Shown: positions 56,913 to 64,000 of the stretch, piece by piece
Layout of the letters: every line of letters begins with the position of its first letter
Numbering within the stretch: position 1 is the first letter of the stretch
Assembly (NCBI GenBank): GCA_041651115.1
Contig: JBAZJY010000001.1
Span: forward strand, 325,165 to 389,164
Origin: Candidatus Omnitrophota bacterium
Lineage (GTDB): Bacteria > Omnitrophota > Gorgyraeia > Gygaellales > Profunditerraquicolaceae
Direction: 5' to 3'
Length of the DNA: 64,000 bases
Notes under the pieces: model-generated
The model's database searches: none
Seen by the model: the letters and a program-made list of their open reading frames with translations, nothing else
Told to the model about the DNA's origin: nothing
Position numbers and translations under genes: made by a program

Positions 56913-59306
56913 ATGGCAGAAAAAAGAAAAAAGGCGATTATTTTGGGTGCCGGGCCGCTCGGCCTGGTCACCGGTTGGCAGTTACTGCTTCACGACTGGT
57001 CAGTAGACATTTACGAAAAAGAAGCGCAGACCGGCGGGGCATGTAAAACCTGGAAATGGGACGGTTTTCTTGTTGATACGGGGCCGCATATCTATCATAC
57101 TCCGGACCAGGAATTAGCCAAATTCTGGGAGGCCGAATTCGCAGGCCTGTTCATTAAGGATGATTTTTGGTGCAAGAACGTCAAAGGAGAAGGTTTTACG
57201 GAATTCTGGGATTATCCGTTGTCATGGGAGAGCATTTCCCGCTATCCAAAAACGTTAAAAGAGAAGATTGTTAGAGAGTTGGATAACTTAAGCCTTGAAA
57301 CAAAAGCCAAGGCGCGCAATTACGCAGAATATATGCAGGCGCAGGTAGGCCCGACTTTAAACGAAATATTCTTTAAGAAATATCCCGCGAAGATCTGGGG
57401 TATATCTACCGATGATATGGCTGCGGATTGGGCTCCTAAAAGGATAGAATTTCGTCAAAAGGTAACGCCATTTTATCATAAGCAGTGGAATGCTGCAGGT
57501 AAGTACGGCACAGGCTGCATCTTTCAAAGGATCGAAGAGAAAATATTAAAATTAGGCGGCAAGATCCATATTAATGCGGAAGTAACCGGCATATCAGCAA
57601 AATCTAATACGATTACCGCGGTAAAGATCAATCATGCAAAAAATATTCCCGTTGGCAGTGACGATATGGTGATTTCCAGCCTACCGATAACCCTGCTTTC
57701 CAGGTTCCTTGGCTATGCAAGCAAATTGCATTTTCGCTCTTTGCGCACAGTTTATCTGGCTTATAATAAAGAAACGGTCTTACCGCAGGGCATACACTGG
57801 TTGTATTATGATTCCGATAAAGTCCTTTTCCACCGGATCACCGAGCCTAAAAAGCTCTCTGCCTTCGTTGCTCCTAAAGGTAAGACCTATCTTGCTGCCG
57901 AGATAACCTGTGATAAGGACGACCGCATATATAGCATGGAAGAAAAAACGCTTATTAAGAAAATAGCCGAGCAGGTCGAACAAGTCGGGTTGGCGCGTAG
58001 GAAAGACATGATTAATGGCGCAACGCACAGGCAAGATGCAGTTTATCCGGTTCAATATCGGGGATATCAGAACGAGCTTGCAAAAGTGCGTTCCCGGATT
58101 GCTAAATACCAGCAGCTTTATTCGCTCGGTACGGGCGGAGAATTCCATTATTCCGATATACAGGTGATCTTCCATAAAGCCTTTGATACCGCGGCAATGC
58201 TTTGCGGAAAGGATTCTTCTTTTGCGCAGGTATTGCGTTGTGCCAGCCGTTGTGAATTAAACCGGCAGGTTACGATAGGCAGAAGAAAGATCGGCGAGGG
58301 CAACCGGGCTTACATTATCGCAGAGGCCGGCTTGAACCATAACGGGAGCATAGATCTTGCTAAAAAGTTGATTGATGCTGCCAAGAAAACCGGCTGTGAT
58401 GCAATAAAATTCCAGGCGTTTAGGGCGGAAAGCCGGGTTTCAAAAAAAGTAAAGGCCGCCAGATACGCGGAAAAGATCATCGGCACGGAAGAGACACTGT
58501 TTGAGATGTTTGACCGTTTATCTTTGAGTTTCAAGGCGCAGGAAGAGATCTTCCGGTATGCCCGGAAAACCGGCATAGAGATTTTTTCTACGCCGTTTGA
58601 TTTTGAGAGTGTGGACTTCCTGGAATCTTTAGGCGTGAAGGCCTATAAGATCGCCTCTATGGATCTGGTAAATCTACCGTTTATCCGCTACGTTGCCAAA
58701 ACAAAAAAGCCGGTCATTCTTTCTACGGGCATGTCAACATTGGGCCAGATCGAGGAGGCTGTTGAGGCGGTTGCAAGCGAAGGGAACTCTAATCTTGTCC
58801 TGTTGCATTGTAATTCTTCTTATCCGGCAGCTCCGGAAGAGATGAATCTCAATGTTATGCGTGCGCTAAGAGAATGCTTTGCCGTGCCGGTCGGGCTCTC
58901 CGATCATACCTTGGGCCTGTTCGTATCCCGCATTGCCATAGCTATCGGAGCAAATGTTATTGAGCGACATTTTACCTTAAACCGGATGTTCGAAGGTCCC
59001 GATCATATCCTGTCTTCTGAACCGGAGGAAATGAAACAGCTGGTAGATGCGGCAAAAATGATCCCGCTTGTCCTTGGCGATAGCGGCAAGCGGATCCAGC
59101 CTAATGAATACGATACGCTTAACGCTCAAAGAAAAAGCCTTTATGCGGCGAGGCGCATCAGAAAAGGAGAGGCGATTGCTTCGGGTATGATCGCTGTAAA
59201 AGGCCCGGGTGGCGGCATACTGCCGCGATACATGGATATAGTCGTCGGGCGGAATGCGAGAACTGATATTGAGCAGGACTATCCGATAACCTGGGATGTG
59301 ATATGA
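56913..59306 (+). CDS. fusion protein: N-terminal FAD-dependent UDP-galactopyranose-mutase-like domain plus C-terminal NeuB-family (sialic/nonulosonic acid synthase) domain with SAF domain
   Basis: N-terminus AIILGAGPLGLVTGWQLL...GPHIYHT (UGM GPHIFHT motif). C-terminus RAYIIAEAGLNHNGSIDLAKKLIDAAKKTGCDAIKFQAF plus a C-terminal SAF region. 797 aa in a single ORF. Confidence 0.65.
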   Translation: MAEKRKKAIILGAGPLGLVTGWQLLLHDWSVDIYEKEAQTGGACKTWKWDGFLVDTGPHIYHTPDQELAKFWEAEFAGLFIKDDFWCKNVKGEGFTEFWDYPLSWESISRYPKTLKEKIVRELDNLSLETKAKARNYAEYMQAQVGPTLNEIFFKKYPAKIWGISTDDMAADWAPKRIEFRQKVTPFYHKQWNAAGKYGTGCIFQRIEEKILKLGGKIHINAEVTGISAKSNTITAVKINHAKNIPVGSDDMVISSLPITLLSRFLGYASKLHFRSLRTVYLAYNKETVLPQGIHWLYYDSDKVLFHRITEPKKLSAFVAPKGKTYLAAEITCDKDDRIYSMEEKTLIKKIAEQVEQVGLARRKDMINGATHRQDAVYPVQYRGYQNELAKVRSRIAKYQQLYSLGTGGEFHYSDIQVIFHKAFDTAAMLCGKDSSFAQVLRCASRCELNRQVTIGRRKIGEGNRAYIIAEAGLNHNGSIDLAKKLIDAAKKTGCDAIKFQAFRAESRVSKKVKAARYAEKIIGTEETLFEMFDRLSLSFKAQEEIFRYARKTGIEIFSTPFDFESVDFLESLGVKAYKIASMDLVNLPFIRYVAKTKKPVILSTGMSTLGQIEEAVEAVASEGNSNLVLLHCNSSYPAAPEEMNLNVMRALRECFAVPVGLSDHTLGLFVSRIAIAIGANVIERHFTLNRMFEGPDHILSSEPEEMKQLVDAAKMIPLVLGDSGKRIQPNEYDTLNAQRKSLYAARRIRKGEAIASGMIAVKGPGGGILPRYMDIVVGRNARTDIEQDYPITWDVI

Positions 59307-60361
59307 GCATGAATTACGAGAAGACTGCGCGGGAGTTAATCAGCAGAGTAACAGATACGGCAAAAACAAAAAAGAAACTTTCCGGATTTTGCATCGGTAA
59401 TACTGCAAAGATCGAGAATAACGATTTATATTTTACTCCCCTGAGAGAAATACATAATATGTCCATTGCCGGGGTAATTGTTTATAGCGAAAAGCAGGCG
59501 ATTGATATTGCCAGGGAGGCAGATGGCAAGGTAGATTATATCCTGGTAGATGCGGAAAAAAAGATACCGGAATGCATGTCGCGCCTTGGCACGCCGGCGA
59601 ATGTTGAGCGGGCAGTAAGAGAAACCGTAAAAAAATCTTCGCTTTGGGTATACAAAGGGAATGATCTGGCAGTCGAAGCATTAGACGGGTTACTCGCGTA
59701 TCTTACTAAAGATTCTTTGCAGGGGATAGGCGGGAAAAAGATCGCGATCATCGGCGCGGGAAATCTGGGGTGTAAGTTAGCCATTAAGCTCGTAGAAAGA
59801 GGGGCGCATATATTTATTACCCGCAGGGATGCTGCAAAGATAAAAATCATTGCCAAAGCGATTAATCATATTAAACCTGCCTATACTATTGCAAAAGTCA
59901 TCGGCATGACTGATAACTTGGCTGCCTGCAAAGGAGCGGACATTTTGATCGGGATGACTGCGGGGATCCCGGTGATCACCGCGGAAATGATAAGGAGCCT
60001 TGCCCCGGGGGCCATTGTCGTTGACGGTGGAAAAGGCACGTTATACCCGGAAGCAATAGGCGCCGCTTATAAATCGGGTATTGAGGTTTACCGTCTTGAT
60101 GTCAGCGCTGCCTTTGAAGGGTTGATCAGCCATCTCTTTGCTTGCGAGAACCTGGTGAGAAAACGCATGGGCCGCCGGGTTTTTAGGGGAGAGCCGATCG
60201 TCTCCGGAGGATTAATGGGCAGAAAAGGGGATATCGTCGTAGATAATGTCCATGCCCCTAGTATGGCCTATGGTATTGCCGACGGCAAAGGAGATTTTAT
60301 CCGCTCCCTTTCCCAAAAACACTTAGCGCGTATGAAAAGTATTAAAGTGCAAGAAAAGTAA
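59303..60361 (+). CDS. hypothetical protein with Rossmann NAD(P)-binding domain (shikimate/quinate-DH-like)
   Basis: GKKIAIIGAGNLGCKLAIKLVERGAHIFITRRD. Confidence 0.35.
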   Translation: MSMNYEKTARELISRVTDTAKTKKKLSGFCIGNTAKIENNDLYFTPLREIHNMSIAGVIVYSEKQAIDIAREADGKVDYILVDAEKKIPECMSRLGTPANVERAVRETVKKSSLWVYKGNDLAVEALDGLLAYLTKDSLQGIGGKKIAIIGAGNLGCKLAIKLVERGAHIFITRRDAAKIKIIAKAINHIKPAYTIAKVIGMTDNLAACKGADILIGMTAGIPVITAEMIRSLAPGAIVVDGGKGTLYPEAIGAAYKSGIEVYRLDVSAAFEGLISHLFACENLVRKRMGRRVFRGEPIVSGGLMGRKGDIVVDNVHAPSMAYGIADGKGDFIRSLSQKHLARMKSIKVQEK

Positions 60362-60383
60362 AAGGACAGGTAAAAGATTAATT

Positions 60384-62135
60384 ATGCATTATGAAGACTT
60401 GATCCCTGAAAATGGATATGTAGTTGCCGAGATTGCCTGTGGGCATGGCGGCGATCCGGCAAAACTTAAAAAACTGATTGATTGCGCTGCTTTAAGCAAT
60501 GCCAGGATCGTTAAATTCCAGATTTTTACCCTGGAGGAAAGGCTGGATCCTCGCTGGGATATTTTTGCTAAACTGGTGCTGCCGCAGCAGGCATGGGAAG
60601 AAGCAGCGCGCTATGCGCGTCAAAAAGGACTCGTCATATTTGCAGATATCTTTGGCGAGAGCAGCCTAAAGCTTGCCCGGGAATTGGGCGTTGAAGGTTT
60701 TAAAGTGCATTCCGAGGACATGTTGAACAGTTCTTTTGTTGCCAAGGTCGCCGCAGAAGGAAAGATCACAATGATCAGCGTAGGGGGTGCGCACCGTATA
60801 GAAATATATCAACTGGTAAATTTTCTAAAGACCCTGGGGTTGCTTAAAAATATTATATTAGTTACCGGATTTCAGGCTTATCCTACCCCGATAGAAGATC
60901 ACTCTTTATGGGAAGTCGCGGATTTGATCGAAAAATATTCGCCTTACGGCATAAAAGTTGCGTTTGCCGATCATGTTTCCGGAGATTTGCCCGAAGCCAA
61001 GGCAATACCCCTGATGGCGCTTGCGAAAGGCGCCTGCCTTGTTGAAAAACATATTACCGTTAATCGCAAGCGTAAGTGGGTAGATTATCAGTCGGCGTTA
61101 AGTAAAGACGATTTTACAGATTTTATCGGGCAGGTGAATCAGCTGGCTCCTTTATTGAAAAAAACCGGCTATTTTACGTCTTCCGAAGAAAAATACCGGA
61201 AGACATTTAAAAAAAGTGCCTGCGCTGCATCTGACTTGAAAAATGGCCGCATCCTGGCGCCGGATGACTTTGGGTTCAATAAAAATAATACTGATGAAGT
61301 GCCTTCCCTTGCTGCCTTAAGCCTGATCGGCAAAGAACTCAAGGTAGATGTTAAAAAAGGAGAATTTTTTCGCTCTTCGCAGATGAAGGGTAAAGTTGGC
61401 GGGATCATTGTTGCCCGCTGCTCATCAAATCGGCTGCCGAATAAAGCGTTATGCCTGATTGACGGCCGCGAGTCGATAGCGGTGCTTATTGACCGGATCA
61501 AGCGCTGCAAGCGTTTAGATTGCATTATCCTGGCAACTTCTACCGATCATTCCGATGATATTCTGGTTGAGATAGCTAATCGTGAGGGCATTTTGCCTTT
61601 CCGGGGATCTTTGGAAAATGTTTCGTCGCGGTTCTACGAAGCGGCTAAATATTACGGATTAGACCATTTCGTGCGTATCACCGGAGATGCCATTCTTTGT
61701 GACGAAGTAATGATCGACCATGCAGTAAAAAGCCATTTACATAGTTGTTGTGATGCGACTTTTATGAAAAATATGCCTTTTGGCACACATAAAGAAGTAG
61801 TCAGCATGAATACAATAAGAACGATCCTTGATACCGCTGCCATCCCATCCAATACCGAATATCTGGAATATTACCTGGAGAACAGCCGCTATTTTAACAT
61901 CAATTACGTCGCTGCCGATTACGTATTTGACCATAATTTACGCATTACGCTGGACTACGAAGAAGACCTGGAATTATTCAGGCGCATATACGGCCATTTT
62001 AATAAAATTAACCCGGCGTTTACGTTACGCGATGCCCTTGCCTGGTTGGGGGAGCATCCGGAAATCGCAAAAATCAATATGCACAAACGGCAAAAGTTTT
62101 TAAGCCACCAGCTCAATGTCGAGCTACACATTTAA
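60384..62135 (+). CDS. fusion protein: divergent NeuB-like TIM-barrel domain plus SpsF/NeuA-type cytidylyltransferase domain
   Basis: N-terminus YVVAEIACGHGGDPAKLKKLIDCAALSNARIVKFQIF (NeuB-like, no SAF domain). C-terminus GGIIVARCSSNRLPNKALCLIDG (acylneuraminate cytidylyltransferase/SpsF-like). Confidence 0.6.
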   Translation: MHYEDLIPENGYVVAEIACGHGGDPAKLKKLIDCAALSNARIVKFQIFTLEERLDPRWDIFAKLVLPQQAWEEAARYARQKGLVIFADIFGESSLKLARELGVEGFKVHSEDMLNSSFVAKVAAEGKITMISVGGAHRIEIYQLVNFLKTLGLLKNIILVTGFQAYPTPIEDHSLWEVADLIEKYSPYGIKVAFADHVSGDLPEAKAIPLMALAKGACLVEKHITVNRKRKWVDYQSALSKDDFTDFIGQVNQLAPLLKKTGYFTSSEEKYRKTFKKSACAASDLKNGRILAPDDFGFNKNNTDEVPSLAALSLIGKELKVDVKKGEFFRSSQMKGKVGGIIVARCSSNRLPNKALCLIDGRESIAVLIDRIKRCKRLDCIILATSTDHSDDILVEIANREGILPFRGSLENVSSRFYEAAKYYGLDHFVRITGDAILCDEVMIDHAVKSHLHSCCDATFMKNMPFGTHKEVVSMNTIRTILDTAAIPSNTEYLEYYLENSRYFNINYVAADYVFDHNLRITLDYEEDLELFRRIYGHFNKINPAFTLRDALAWLGEHPEIAKINMHKRQKFLSHQLNVELHI

Positions 62136-62188
62136 CACAAGTTCAATGAAGAGCTAAAATTATTATCAGAAACCATGGAGATGATAAT

Positions 62189-64000
62189 ATGAAGCTGAGG
62201 ATCATTGCTGGCCGCGGGCTGGTAGAAAAATATCGTTCTGAAAAAGAATTAAAGAATATCTATGTATCTGCTGATTTTTTGGTGCAAGGCGATTCTTCGG
62301 TAATCACAATCGAAGATAAGGCCCGGGCCAGGGCATTTTTTTACGGGCGCGTTATCGGCAGGCGCAGCGGTCCGGATACGATGGACAGCTTAAGCAAGAC
62401 GGACGTTAATTTTAAATCGTTTGTATCCTCGCAGCCGACAGACAAGTGCCTGGCGGAACTGGAAGGCCGGTTTATCCTTGTTAAGATCACTGATAAACAG
62501 GGATGCGAGGTCTGTTGCGACCGTTTCGGCCGGATCGACCTTTATTACCAGCAAATAAACGAAGGGGCGGTATTTGCGTCTGACCTAAGCCTACTGCCGT
62601 TTAAGGACGGCACAGTAAAATATGACCCGGTTGGCATTGCCCACGCACTTTATATCTACGGGTTCCGGCCGGCAAAGCAGCATACTATTTACCGCGATGT
62701 AAAGAGGCTGGGGGTAGGTGAAATTGCTTCTTGGCAAGATAACAAGCTTGGATTCCGGCAATTTGTATTCCCCAGAATAGAAACTAACGAGAATTACGGC
62801 GAAAAAGATATTAAGAGATATTATGACATTATCATTGATGCAATAGCAAAACGCGCATCGAGTAACGGTAATCTGATTTATCTTTCTTCAGGGTGGGACT
62901 CCAGCTCGCTACTTTCCCTGTTAGTAAAACTCTATGGAGCAAATAAGACAAGGGCATTGATCGGCCGGATGCACCTGTCTAAGCGCGCCGGTGTGATCAA
63001 TCAATTTGAGATCGACCGCGCTAAACGGATTGCCGATTATTTCGGCATAAAATTAGAGATTGCAGAATATGATTTTTGGCAAAGAAGCGATGAGCTGATC
63101 GCGGAATTGCAGCCGTTTATGCGTTCGCATATGCTTACCAGCATGTCATTCTTTTTCTGGGCAGTATTAGCTGCCCAGGCGGCAAAAACCAGCCGCGGCG
63201 AAGCCGTATTCGCAGGCGAGACCAGCGACGGCGCGCATAACCTGGGCTTTGCGCAGTTTACCACTATTTTTCATCCGGTACTGGAATTCCGCGAGTACAG
63301 CGATAAAATGGCCTCGTATCTTTTTGGGCCGACATTCCTTAGGTCTATACAGAACGGTAAATTTAATACAGACCCGATCTATAACTTGTTAAAACAAAAA
63401 TACCAGGGGCGCGTTTTTGATTCTCCGGCAAGCAGCCCGGATGGCTGCGCGCGCCAATTATTTGCCGCTCTTTTTAGCCGCGATAACCGCATGCCGCTTT
63501 GGTCATTAAAAAATACAAAGCTGATGACCGATAGAGGGCGGCAGGGTTACAGCGACGAGATGGAAGGAACGTACTTCAATAAGCTGGAAACTTCTCCGGA
63601 AACGCTATATGCTTCTTACTTGCGCCTATACAACTCTTTTCATTGGCAAGGCGGCACAGTGTCAACGCTGGCGTTCACGGCCAATAACTACGGACTGGAA
63701 ATGAACCTTCCGTATTGGGACAGCCGGATGCAGGATTTCTTATCGGCAATGCCGGAATCCTGGGGCAGGGGCCTGGAAATAAAGCCGACCAAGTATCCTT
63801 TAAAAGCCATGCTCCGGCAATACGTTGATTATCCCTGGCATCTGCAGGCAGGGCCGCATTCTTACCTGTATGATATCGATCCTAATTTCAGCCCTGTCGG
63901 CGAGTTTATTTATGATTCTGCGTTTACGCCGCATTTAAAAAGATTATTGAAAAGCCGCGCGTATGAAAGTATCTTGTCGCCGGAATTTTTCGATCTGGAT
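62189..64000 (+). CDS. asparagine-synthetase-family amidotransferase lacking the N-terminal Cys nucleophile (PseA/WbpG-like); 3' end outside the window
   Basis: PP-loop LSSGWDSSSLLSLL (AsnB SGGLDSS-like). The N-terminus is MKLRIIAG, with no Cys2. GGAGATGA RBS. The ORF runs off the window end and is absent from the track. Confidence 0.65.
   Translation, partial: MKLRIIAGRGLVEKYRSEKELKNIYVSADFLVQGDSSVITIEDKARARAFFYGRVIGRRSGPDTMDSLSKTDVNFKSFVSSQPTDKCLAELEGRFILVKITDKQGCEVCCDRFGRIDLYYQQINEGAVFASDLSLLPFKDGTVKYDPVGIAHALYIYGFRPAKQHTIYRDVKRLGVGEIASWQDNKLGFRQFVFPRIETNENYGEKDIKRYYDIIIDAIAKRASSNGNLIYLSSGWDSSSLLSLLVKLYGANKTRALIGRMHLSKRAGVINQFEIDRAKRIADYFGIKLEIAEYDFWQRSDELIAELQPFMRSHMLTSMSFFFWAVLAAQAAKTSRGEAVFAGETSDGAHNLGFAQFTTIFHPVLEFREYSDKMASYLFGPTFLRSIQNGKFNTDPIYNLLKQKYQGRVFDSPASSPDGCARQLFAALFSRDNRMPLWSLKNTKLMTDRGRQGYSDEMEGTYFNKLETSPETLYASYLRLYNSFHWQGGTVSTLAFTANNYGLEMNLPYWDSRMQDFLSAMPESWGRGLEIKPTKYPLKAMLRQYVDYPWHLQAGPHSYLYDIDPNFSPVGEFIYDSAFTPHLKRLLKSRAYESILSPEFFDLD

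Overview
This 64-kb window is densely coded, and every supportable gene lies on the + strand. The source is probably a Gram-negative (outer-membrane-bearing) uncultured bacterium of roughly 47% GC. Positions 1–11 kb and 22–31.8 kb hold housekeeping genes: panE (3'-end), polX, apbE, panB, glyQS, ppdK, a sigma-70 factor, apt, tRNA-Arg(CCT), rplU, obg, proBA, nadD, rpe, pgm, plsC, rpsA and tyrS. Two accessory regions stand out. The first (about 12.0–21.9 kb) is a tightly packed unit on one strand: a TonB-dependent receptor, an orphan family-5 peptide-binding protein, an unannotated 29-aa Cys-Cys peptide with a strong Shine-Dalgarno, a radical-SAM/SPASM maturase reached through a hairpin and an ATGA-coupled mini-ORF, an ABC exporter, and a sensor kinase plus two response regulators, closed by a strong terminator. 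I read this as a candidate, apparently undescribed RiPP-like peptide production, export, sensing and uptake system. The second region (31.8 kb to the window end, more than 32 kb) is an unusually elaborate glycan biosynthesis and modification locus: flippase, two GT2, rmlABC, manC plus a GDP-mannose 3,5-epimerase-like gene, HddA/HddC-like heptose genes, four paralogous SDR epimerases, five methyltransferase-like genes, three radical SAMs (two B12-binding), a split transketolase, a SemiSWEET, an EPS-type MarR, two NeuB-like fusion proteins (UGM-like::NeuB and NeuB-like::cytidylyltransferase) and a PseA-like amidotransferase. Also noted are tRNA 3'-end fragment repeats next to an excisionase-family HTH gene, a GGTGTTA-type repeat family present in both coding and intergenic positions, and a 78-bp palindrome that encodes the C-terminus of a hypothetical protein. 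All functional calls come from motif and family recognition by eye; no database search was possible.
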